A stretch of 64,000 bases of DNA from Candidatus Bipolaricaulota bacterium (GTDB taxonomy: Bacteria > Bipolaricaulota > Bipolaricaulia > UBA7950 > UBA9294): the NCBI GenBank assembly GCA_040752575.1, contig JBFMGK010000029.1, forward strand, positions 1 through 64,000. The letters run 5' to 3'. A model generated the notes under the pieces. That model did not search any database. It had not been told where the DNA came from and saw nothing but the letters and a program-made list of their open reading frames with translations. This document shows positions 55,762 through 63,749 of this stretch, piece after piece. The translations under genes and the position numbers were made by a program. The number at the start of each line of letters is the position of its first letter. Within the stretch, counting starts at the first letter, position 1.

Positions 55762-58179
55762 ATGACACAACGTACGGACCGGCTACGAAACGAGCTTCTC
55801 GACACCCGCCCCAGGATCTGCCCTGAACGAGCGCGGTTCTTCACTGCGTCGATGAAGACGACGGAAGGGCAACCGATTGTCAAGCGCCGGGCTAAGGCGT
55901 ACGGCGAGGTTCTGCGGCAGATGACGCAGTATGTCCGCGACGGAGAACTGCTTGTGGGCAACCTTGCGAGCACGCCGCGCGGCGCCCCCGTGTTCCCCGA
56001 GTACTCCTGGGAGTGGATCGAACGCGAGTTTCGCGGGGAACCCTATCACTTCCACGAACGGCCGAACGATACTTACGACTACGATGAGGCGACGAAGGCC
56101 GAGGTCCTCGACATCCTGGCCAAGTGGCGGGGCCAGACAGTGTATGAGATCGTACGGAGCCTGATCCCGGACGCGGCACGCCGGGCGTGGGATCTCGGCG
56201 CGATCGATGACGATTGGGTCACCCAGAACGGCTTCGGCAACATCCTGCCCGACTATGGGGACCTCTTGTCTCAAGGCTTGCGCGGAGTGATCCGCCGCGC
56301 TCAGGCCCGCCTTGCCGAGCTGGACCTCAAAGTTCCGGGAGAGGTTAGGAAACAGTGGTTCCTCGACTCGGTCATCGCGGCGAACGAGAGCGTCATCGAG
56401 TATGCGCATCGCTTCGCGAAGCGGCTCGAAGCCATGGCTCGCCAGGAGAAGAACGCGGCGCGTCGCTCCGAACTCGAGACGATGGCCGGCAACTGCTGGA
56501 AGGTTCCTGAGAATCCGCCGGAAACGTTCTGGCAGGCGCTTCAGGCGGTCTGGTTCATCCATGTCGGAATGCTGCTTGAGACGAACGGGATCGCCATCTC
56601 GTTTGGCCGCTTCGACCAGTACCTCTTGCCGTACTACGAGCGCGATCTGGCCCGCGGTGTGCTGACGCGCGAGACAGCCCTCGAACTGATCGAGAGCTTC
56701 TTCATCAAGGTCAACGAGTTGAACATCTTCCGTTCGTGGGCCGGTGCGAAGTTCTTCCCCGGTTATCACATGGCGTTCAACCTCGCGATCGGCGGGCAGA
56801 CACGCGATGGCAAGGACGCCTCCAACGACCTGACGTACTTGGTCCTTGATGCAACGGCGAACATGGCGATGCCGAAGCCTTCCGTATCGATCAAGTGGTT
56901 CGAGAGGACCCCGCGGGAGCTCATGAGTCGTGCGCTCGAGGTCGTTCAGAGACACTCCGGCGGTCAGCCGGCGTTCTACAATGATCCCGGCGTCATGCGG
57001 ATGCTCAAGAACCTCGGCGTTGCGCAGGAGGACCTCTGGAACTGGGCGCCGGTCGGCTGCATCGAGGCCTCTATCCCGGGGAAGTGGGACTTCGCCTGCA
57101 AGGGCCCGCGGCTGAACAAGGCGAAGGCCCTGGAGATGACCCTACACGGGGGAAAGGACCCGGCGACGGGGATTACGCTTCTTCCGGGCCCCGATCTCGC
57201 GGCCTTCACGAGCCCGCAGGATGCTCTCGACGCCTACAAGAAGCAGTTGCACTACCTGATGGAGTTGCAGGTGATGATCGAGCAGGTCAACGACGAGGTC
57301 CACATCCAGCATGACCTCAATCCGTTCCGTGCGTCGTTGATTTCCGACTGCATCGGGCGCGGGAAGGATCTCCTCGAAGGAGGGGCAATCTACTCCACCG
57401 ACGGGGGGCCCACGGTAGGTGCCATGACGGCGGGCGACGCCCTGGCCGGGATCGAGGCTGCGATCTTCGAGCAGAAGTGGGTCACGGGAGCCCAGTTGCT
57501 CCACGCGCTCGATACGAACTTCGAGGACAACACGACGCAACCGACCGGCGAGGAGATCCGGTTGATGCTGGCTCATCGTGCGCCGAAGTTCGGCAACGAC
57601 GACGACCGTGCGGACAAGTGGACTGTGGCCATCACCGACTACATCGGGTCGACGTACCAGAAGGAGTTCAAGAACTCGCGGCACGGGAAGGGCCCTACTC
57701 CCGCGTGCTTTGCGTACTGCCAGAGCTCGGTGACGGCCAACGTGGCCATGGGGCAGGGCGTCGGCGCGCTTCCCAACGGCCGCCGGGCGGGAGAGCCGCT
57801 GAACAACGGCGTCTCCCCGGCCACGGGAGTCGAGAAGAACGGCCCCACCGCCACCATCAACTCCGTCGGGAAGCTGCCCAGCATCTGGTTCTCGCGCGGG
57901 GCGATCTTCAACATGCGGCTGAGCCCGGACACGCTTCAGACGCAGGCCGGGCGCGATCGCGTGACGGCGCTTGTTCAGACGCTGTTCGAGAGGAATCAGT
58001 ATCACGTGCAGTTCAACGTGGTCGGCACCGACACGCTGCGCGCGGCGCAGGAGCGCCCCGAGGAGTATCGCGACCTCTTGGTCCGCGTTGCGGGCTACAG
58101 CGCGTTCTTCGCTCCTCTGAATCACGAACTCCAAGAGGACATCATCCGCCGCGCCGAGTTTGACTTGGCATCCAGCTAG
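55762..58179 (+). CDS. Glycyl radical enzyme, YbiW/PflD-like eliminase group
   Basis: Single-Cys loop VGCIE (Cys433), glycyl loop RVAGYSAFF (Gly778), PKFGND, SFGRFDQ; no PFL CC motif. Confidence 0.93.
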   Translation: MTQRTDRLRNELLDTRPRICPERARFFTASMKTTEGQPIVKRRAKAYGEVLRQMTQYVRDGELLVGNLASTPRGAPVFPEYSWEWIEREFRGEPYHFHERPNDTYDYDEATKAEVLDILAKWRGQTVYEIVRSLIPDAARRAWDLGAIDDDWVTQNGFGNILPDYGDLLSQGLRGVIRRAQARLAELDLKVPGEVRKQWFLDSVIAANESVIEYAHRFAKRLEAMARQEKNAARRSELETMAGNCWKVPENPPETFWQALQAVWFIHVGMLLETNGIAISFGRFDQYLLPYYERDLARGVLTRETALELIESFFIKVNELNIFRSWAGAKFFPGYHMAFNLAIGGQTRDGKDASNDLTYLVLDATANMAMPKPSVSIKWFERTPRELMSRALEVVQRHSGGQPAFYNDPGVMRMLKNLGVAQEDLWNWAPVGCIEASIPGKWDFACKGPRLNKAKALEMTLHGGKDPATGITLLPGPDLAAFTSPQDALDAYKKQLHYLMELQVMIEQVNDEVHIQHDLNPFRASLISDCIGRGKDLLEGGAIYSTDGGPTVGAMTAGDALAGIEAAIFEQKWVTGAQLLHALDTNFEDNTTQPTGEEIRLMLAHRAPKFGNDDDRADKWTVAITDYIGSTYQKEFKNSRHGKGPTPACFAYCQSSVTANVAMGQGVGALPNGRRAGEPLNNGVSPATGVEKNGPTATINSVGKLPSIWFSRGAIFNMRLSPDTLQTQAGRDRVTALVQTLFERNQYHVQFNVVGTDTLRAAQERPEEYRDLLVRVAGYSAFFAPLNHELQEDIIRRAEFDLASS

Positions 58180-58188
58180 GCCGCTCTG

Positions 58189-58228
58189 GAGGGGCACGGG
58201 TTCTGCGCGACGGGACGCCGTGTCCCTC
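58189..58228 (+). terminator. Hairpin between GRE and activase
   Basis: GAGGGGCACGG (58189-58199) pairs with CCGTGTCCCTC (58218-58228), one G-U. Confidence 0.45.
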
Positions 58229-58257
58229 GGAGTCTCGGCTGGAGGGTCGAGAGGACG

Positions 58258-59166
58258 ATGGGCAAGGTCTTCGACATCAAGCGATACGCGACCGGCGACG
58301 GGCCGGGAATACGTGCCCTCGTCTTTCTGAAGGGATGCCCTCTCGCGTGTCGATGGTGCGCGAATCCTGAATCGCAGAGCAGCGCAAGCGAGATCCTCTA
58401 CTATCGCAATCGCTGTGTGGAGTGCGGCCGCTGCATCGCCGCGTGCCCGAAGGGCGCGATCACGCGCAACCCGGCAGGGGGAGTCGCCACCGACCGCGCG
58501 AAGTGCGACGCTTGCGGCGCCTGCGTGGAGGCGTGCCTCACGGCGGCGCGCGAGCGGGCGGGCGAGGACCTGTCGGTCGATGACGTGATGGCCGTCCTCG
58601 AGCGGGACCGCGCGTTCTACGAGAACTCGGGGGGGGGTGTCACCGTCACCGGCGGGGAGCCGCTCGCTCAGCCGGAGTTTGCGTCGGAGCTTCTCGCGGC
58701 GTGTCAGAGGGCGGGACTCCACACGGCGGTCGAGACGTGCGGATATGCCGATCGCGCCTCGTTCGAACAGGTCGCAAGATACGTGGACCTGTTGTACTAC
58801 GACCTTAAACATGCCGAGGGGGGCGCCCATCTTGAGGGAACGGGGTGCTCCAACGAGCCGATTCTTGGGAATCTGGCGCATCTTCGTGAGACCTGGAACG
58901 GAGACCTTGTGGTGCGCATTCCGTACGTCCCTGGATTCAACGATGCGCAGGCGGATCTCGAGGCGTTGTTCGACGTGGCCCGTCGTGTCCCAGGTCTTCT
59001 CCGCGTCGAGGTGCTTCCGTACCACAGGCTCGGTCTCGCAAAGTACGCGGCGCTCGAGCGGCCTTGTGCCGTTGGACATCTCGCTCCAGTCGACAAGTCG
59101 TCGCTGGCGTGGTTACGGGATGTCGGACAGCGACACGGCGTTTGCGTAGAGATCGATGGGCGCTAA
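58258..59166 (+). CDS. Glycyl-radical enzyme activating enzyme (radical SAM with ferredoxin insert)
   Basis: DGPGIR, GCPLACRWCANPE, two CxxCxxCxxxC inserts, GGEP, LPYH. Confidence 0.95.
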   Translation: MGKVFDIKRYATGDGPGIRALVFLKGCPLACRWCANPESQSSASEILYYRNRCVECGRCIAACPKGAITRNPAGGVATDRAKCDACGACVEACLTAARERAGEDLSVDDVMAVLERDRAFYENSGGGVTVTGGEPLAQPEFASELLAACQRAGLHTAVETCGYADRASFEQVARYVDLLYYDLKHAEGGAHLEGTGCSNEPILGNLAHLRETWNGDLVVRIPYVPGFNDAQADLEALFDVARRVPGLLRVEVLPYHRLGLAKYAALERPCAVGHLAPVDKSSLAWLRDVGQRHGVCVEIDGR

Positions 59167-60001
59167 CGGAAGCCGCGACGGCCGAGGCTACGATGCGATT
59201 GTGCTTGACCTCGACGGCACGCTCTACCGCGGCGACGAGGCGATTCCCGGGGCTCCCGAGGCGGTCGCGGAACTCCGCGCCTTCGCGCCGTGCCGATTCC
59301 TGTCGAACAACGGGGAGTGCGTGTCGTCCACGCTCGCCCGCCGGTTGGCGCGATTGGGTTTTGCGGTGCGGGAAGACGAGATCCGGACGTCTGCAGACCT
59401 CGTTCTCCAGCGGTTGCAGGCCGAGATGCCGGCCGCCCGTGTTCTGGCGCTCGTATCGGCCGAACTCGCTCGAACGCTACGGTCGAATGGTCTCGACGTG
59501 CGGGACGACGCGGACGTCGACGTTGTTGCCGTGGGCGTCGACCGCGAACTCACCCGACACCGAATGGTGTTGGGCCTCGAGGCGATGCTCGGCGGGGCGC
59601 GACTGATCGCGACAAACGAAGACCCGACGTATCCGTCTCATGCGGGTGTACGCCCGGCGGCGGGGGCCTACGTTGGGTTCTTCCGCGGCATGGGTTTCGA
59701 GCCCACGTGGCGCTGCGGCAAGCCTGACCGCGGGGCCGTCGAAGCGGCTCTAAGAGCTTGGGATCTGCCGCTCGGCGGGCGTTATCTGTTCGTCGGAGAT
59801 AACCTTCACTCTGACGTCGCCGCCGCCGACGAACTGGGGGCCGACTCGGCTTTGGTGCTCTCGGGCGTTGCGCGTCGAAAGGATGTTGCGGCGCTCGGGG
59901 CGTGTCCGACGGCCATCGTCGAGGATGTTGTGGAACTCGCGGACCTTCTCCGAAGCTCTGGAGGCGAGGTCGTGTCGGGACGCCGATCGAAGCGGGAGTA
60001 G
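59156..60001 (+). CDS. HAD-IIA family sugar phosphatase (NagD-like)
   Basis: DLDGTLY, LSNN, IATNED, CGKP, VGDNLHSD. Confidence 0.9.
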   Translation: MGANGSRDGRGYDAIVLDLDGTLYRGDEAIPGAPEAVAELRAFAPCRFLSNNGECVSSTLARRLARLGFAVREDEIRTSADLVLQRLQAEMPAARVLALVSAELARTLRSNGLDVRDDADVDVVAVGVDRELTRHRMVLGLEAMLGGARLIATNEDPTYPSHAGVRPAAGAYVGFFRGMGFEPTWRCGKPDRGAVEAALRAWDLPLGGRYLFVGDNLHSDVAAADELGADSALVLSGVARRKDVAALGACPTAIVEDVVELADLLRSSGGEVVSGRRSKRE

Positions 60002-60029
60002 GCCGCGGTGCGGCCAAGGGGTGGGAGCA

Positions 60030-60747
60030 ATGCTGTCGAAACAGCAGGACAACGCGCTGGAGCGGATGCTTGCGGAGAGGATCGTCGCCGTGGTGCGCCT
60101 CGCGGATCCGAATCGAGGGGTCGACGTCGCACGCGCGCTTGTCAAGGGCGGGGTGACGTTGATCGAGATTGCGTTCACGACGCCCGACGCGGTGAACGTG
60201 ATCGAAAGCGTTCAGAAGGCGGTACCGGAAGCCATGGTGGGCGCAGGGACCGTGATAACCGAGGCCGACGTGGCCGCGCTGCAGCGCGTCAGACCTGCGT
60301 TTGCTGTGGCCCCCGTTCTCGACGCAAACGTCGTCCGGGCGGCTCAACAGGCCGGAATCCTCTTCTCCCCCGGTGCGTACACGCCGACCGAGGTTCTGGC
60401 GGCCTGGCGACTTGGGGCGCCGATCGTGAAGGTCTTTCCGGCGGCAAGGTTGGGACCCAAGTACCTGGCCGACCTCAAGGCGCCCATGCCCTTCCTGCGG
60501 CTGATGCCGACCGGCGGCGTGGACGACACGACGATCGGCGAGTTCCTGCGGTGTGGCGCCGACGGCGTCGGCGCCGGGGGTGCACCACCCGCCTTGGGGT
60601 GTGTGGTGGGGGGTGGGCCCCCCGGACGTGGGCGCCGGGGGGTGGCTGGTAGATACCAAGGCGATCGCGCGCGGCGAATATGACGTTCTCACCGAGAGGG
60701 CACGCAGGCTCGTGGCGGCGCGAGACGCAGAAAACGAACGGCACTAG
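60030..60747 (+). pseudogene. eda: KDPG/KHG aldolase (Eda) with a 61-bp frameshifting insert (probably an assembly artefact)
   Basis: IEIAF, VGAGTV, PGAYTPTE, VKVFPA, LMPTGGV; expected C-terminus GAGGWLVD...ARRLV lies in another frame after 60631. Confidence 0.75.
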
Positions 60748-60829
60748 TCAACGGCCGAACGGCGCGGTAGCCCCTGGAAGGAGCCCGCGTCCTGCTTAGC
60801 GTGAGGCGTCGTGCCTCGCGCGGTGACTC

Positions 60830-61093
60830 TCAGGCTTTCGACGGGCGATCGGCCGTTCTGTGCCGCGGTGTCGCGTCGACGATCTCGAAGAGGTCCTCGA
60901 AGCTGCTTCCGACGACGTTCGCGATCCGGTGGGCCGTGGTGACGCTCGTGCCGGCGCCGTTCTCGATCGAGGAGAGCATGGGGCGGGAAACCCCCACGGC
61001 GGCAGCGCACTCCGCCGAGGTCATCCCGGCGATGAGTCGGGCGCGCCGTACGGCACTTCCCTTCGAGATGATGCGGTAGTACTTCCTGGGCAT
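60830..61093 (-). CDS. XRE family HTH regulator (87 aa)
   Basis: RRARLIAGMTSAECAAAVGVSRPMLSSIENG...AHRIANVVGSSFEDLFE. Confidence 0.85.
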   Translation of the reverse strand: MPRKYYRIISKGSAVRRARLIAGMTSAECAAAVGVSRPMLSSIENGAGTSVTTAHRIANVVGSSFEDLFEIVDATPRHRTADRPSKA

Positions 61094-61197
61094 GATCTGC
61101 CCGTACTTTACATAGGTCACCAACGACCAGTGAAGACACCCAACAGCAAGCGAACGGACATCTAAGGGCAATAAGGATCACGTTGACGCTCAAAGAC

Positions 61198-61226
61198 TTG
61201 ACATAGGCTGACCGAGCTGCTAGAGT
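61198..61226 (+). promoter_or_regulatory. Sigma70 promoter divergent from XRE gene
   Basis: TTGACA-N17-TAGAGT. Confidence 0.7.
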
Positions 61227-61241
61227 GGGGATGGATTCCAC

Positions 61242-61344
61242 CGGCGTCTCGGGGATCAGACTCCGCCGCGATCCGCTCGCACCGGGTGGTATGAGGTAGG
61301 GTTCCAGAGTCGGTCAGCTTGGAGCTCTGAGAACCGAGACGCCG
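61242..61344 (+). ncRNA. Candidate structured RNA (about 100-nt rod-like hairpin)
   Basis: CGGCGTCTCGG/CCGAGACGCCG 11-bp stem, GGA/GAA internal loop, TCAGA-CTCC/GGAG-c-TCTGA; starts just after the promoter. Confidence 0.4.
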
Positions 61345-61507
61345 CGTGCTCGCACAGCTCGCGTGCGATTCCCAACCTGCAGAATGAGGCGCTGTCCGTT
61401 GAGCCCGTCGTTAGCCTGACGCGGCGTGCCGAAGATCTCGTGGCCGAGTACGCTTAGGTGCTCGTTACGCCGCATGACCGGCACGGGCGAGCCATGGAGG
61501 CCGGGAG

Positions 61508-61969
61508 ATGCTGGTTGTGGTTCCTTTGGGGTGGTTCTCGCGGCGGTATGCCGTGCGCGATACCTCGCGGGGCGAGATCGGTGAGCTTGGTTTCGCGTCC
61601 CTGCGCGAGCGGGGCGCCCTACGCGTCGACGGCGCCGAGTACCAGGTATCCAGAGAGGGGTTGGCTGGGGATTTCATCCTGGCCGGCGGCGGGGGTTCCG
61701 TCGCCCGCGCGGCCAAGCCCAGCGCATTCCGGCGAGCGCTGTTTCTCAAGGTCGGCGACACGGAGTATGCGCTGCGTCCCGAGTCGGCTTTCGGCCGCGG
61801 TTACCTGATCCTCGCAGGAGATACGCAGGTCGGGAGGATCGCACCGCTTCGCCGCTGGGGTCGGACTCTCGAAGCCGACCTCCCGGAGCAGATCGCTTCG
61901 CCGGTTCGTATGTTCATCCTATGGCTCGTGCTCCTGATGGTCCGCAGACAGCGAGCCTCCGACTCGTAG
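61508..61969 (+). CDS. Hypothetical protein (possible LURP-one/tubby-like fold)
   Basis: GGAGG RBS at 61496; beta-strand repeats and C-terminal hydrophobic helix; fold call is weak. Confidence 0.65.
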   Translation: MLVVVPLGWFSRRYAVRDTSRGEIGELGFASLRERGALRVDGAEYQVSREGLAGDFILAGGGGSVARAAKPSAFRRALFLKVGDTEYALRPESAFGRGYLILAGDTQVGRIAPLRRWGRTLEADLPEQIASPVRMFILWLVLLMVRRQRASDS

Positions 61970-61990
61970 GCATTCGGGCATGGAAGGGCG

Positions 61991-62614
61991 GTGAGCAACG
62001 TGACGGCAGCCGAGGTCCAGGAGAGCGCGTACCGCGGGTGGACCGTGCCGGTGCATGTGGAGATTGGGGCTCGGCAGGTTGTCCTCACGCAGCCGGAGAT
62101 GGAGTGCCTGCTCGACAAGGCCGAGACGATCGCTCTGGGAGACTGCGGCTGCAGGCGAGACGCCGTCGTATGCGACCATCCGCTCGAGGTGTGCCTCGCT
62201 GTGGACGAGGAGGCGTGGGAGCAGATCCGGACGTAGGGCTGGCGGAAGGTCTCGCGAGCCGAGGCTGTCGCAGCGCTTGAGGTTTCGCATCGCGCCGGGC
62301 TTGTCCACCTTGCGTACCGCCGCGGGGATGGACCTCTTCGCTACGTTTGCTCATGCTGCGCCTGCGCGTGCGTGCACCTGCAGGGACTGCGGGATCGCGA
62401 TCCTCACGAGGGGGTCAGCGAGTCGTCCTTTGTCGCGCAGTTTGAAGAGGCGGCGTGCACGGGTTGCGGGACGTGTCGATCACGGTGTCCGTTTGGCGCG
62501 TTCAGCCGCGTTGAGGGTGCGCCGAAGGTTCGCTTCACTCCCGAGCGCTGTTTTGGATGCGGTCTCTGCGTGACGACGTGCCCCCAAGGGGCGCTCTCGC
62601 TCGTGCTACGTTAG
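61991..62614 (+). pseudogene. 4Fe-4S binding protein interrupted by in-frame TAG at 62234
   Basis: CGCR...CDHPLEVC, then TAG, then same frame GWRKVSRAEA...GLVH...CSCCACAC and two CxxCxxCxxxCP motifs. Confidence 0.8.
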
Positions 62615-63238
62615 GCGACGCGCGCCATCCCGATCGATGAGGGCAAGCGCTGTGGCGATGTCCTCGGCGATCATCCGTCGCTTGGACGTCTCGATGAAGA
62701 AGCTTGGCCCCGCTTGAACGTAGGATGGGAATACGCGGACTCCGCGCCAGAAGTAGGCGGACCCTCGTAGCCTGAACGTCGATCCCGGCGGGATGACGCG
62801 CGGTTCGCCGGCACAGCGAGCGATGTGGTTGACGGCCTTGATGGCGACGTCGCCCATCAGGAGGAGAGCCCTGAGCCGTGGAAACAGATCGAGTTCGCGC
62901 TGAAGGAGTCGAGAACACGTGTGGACGGTGGGCGTGACAAGGCCGTACGCGGTCTTCGCGCACTTCACGGCCGTCGTGAGGTAGACTCCCGAGCGCATCA
63001 ACTCGCGGATGCCGTTGACCTGGGTCCCCGCGTCGCGGAAAGCCTGCAGTGTCGTCTTGGCAAACAGCCCAGCGTCCGACGCGTAATAGCCATCTTCGGC
63101 GCGCGGAGCGGCGGCTTCGGACACAAGGACCATGCGAACGCTGGCGGGCGAAATGTCCACGTCCGGAACCGACAAGAGATCGTGGCGCACATCGGTGCAG
63201 GGGCGGTCCACGCAGTGGATCACGTCGGAGACGCGCAT
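62606..63238 (-). CDS. Uracil-DNA glycosylase superfamily protein
   Basis: VLVSEA, YLTTAVKC, C...LQREL, LLMGDVA; start uncertain. Confidence 0.7.
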   Translation of the reverse strand: MRVSDVIHCVDRPCTDVRHDLLSVPDVDISPASVRMVLVSEAAAPRAEDGYYASDAGLFAKTTLQAFRDAGTQVNGIRELMRSGVYLTTAVKCAKTAYGLVTPTVHTCSRLLQRELDLFPRLRALLLMGDVAIKAVNHIARCAGEPRVIPPGSTFRLRGSAYFWRGVRVFPSYVQAGPSFFIETSKRRMIAEDIATALALIDRDGARRLT

Positions 63239-63312
63239 GATTCGAGCGGGCGGGCGCTGCGCGGCCGATGGCGTCGGCCGCACGGGCCCGCTAGGCGTAC
63301 GTCATGCGCGGC

Positions 63313-63474
63313 TCACGGACGAGCCAAGATCCCGAGGTAGTAGGGCCAGATCGCAAGGCCGAGGATGCATTGCCACCAGAGAAGCTTGGCGAAAGCGATC
63401 GTGAACAGCCAGCCGCCAAACCACAGGGTCCCCGCCAACGTGCCATTGACTCGCAACCGGTGTTCTCGCGACAT
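63313..63474 (-). CDS. 53-aa Trp-rich two-helix membrane protein
   Basis: GGGAGG RBS; MSREHRLRVNGTLAGTLWFGGWLFTIAFAKLLWWQCILGLAIWPYYLGILARP; TAGAAT -10 at 63506-63501. Confidence 0.75.
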   Translation of the reverse strand: MSREHRLRVNGTLAGTLWFGGWLFTIAFAKLLWWQCILGLAIWPYYLGILARP

Positions 63475-63749
63475 CCGTCCTCCCTTCCGATACGTGAGCG
63501 ATTCTACACGTGAGGGGCGACGAAGGGAAAAGCGGCAACGGCCACGTCACAGGGCCAAGATGAGGAAGCCACTTGGGGCGACGTCGGCTGCCCAGCGTGG
63601 CTGGCTGGACCGCAGTCCATGCGGATCCTCGGGTGACGGCTTGCGCATGGGTTCGTTGTCGATCGAGGCAACGAACCACCGATCGCGCGATGTGAACGTG
63701 CGACCCGCAAGGGTGACTCTCTGCGCACTGCGTGCGTGACGTCCGACGG

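Noticed and set aside
55762..58179. Calling the GRE pyruvate formate-lyase or choline TMA-lyase
   Set aside because: Single Cys (GCIE) rather than the PFL CC motif; no CutC-type context or microcompartment genes
61227..61250. GGGGATGGATTCCAC resembles a tmRNA 5' end
   Set aside because: No matching 3' T-arm/acceptor end or tag reading frame downstream
61207..61318. 9-bp complementarity between promoter spacer GCTGACCGA and TCGGTCAGC in the hairpin (RNA-guided autoregulation idea)
   Set aside because: A 9-bp match within a few hundred GC-rich bases can arise by chance; no effector gene nearby
61370..61416. CCCAAC...GTTAGCC as an integron attC site
   Set aside because: Too short, lacks internal L-box pairing, and no integrase or second site present
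62234..62236. Genome-wide TAG recoding
   Set aside because: Many conserved genes here end at TAG at the expected family C-terminus (e.g. rho, GRE, DHDPS-fold, AKR)
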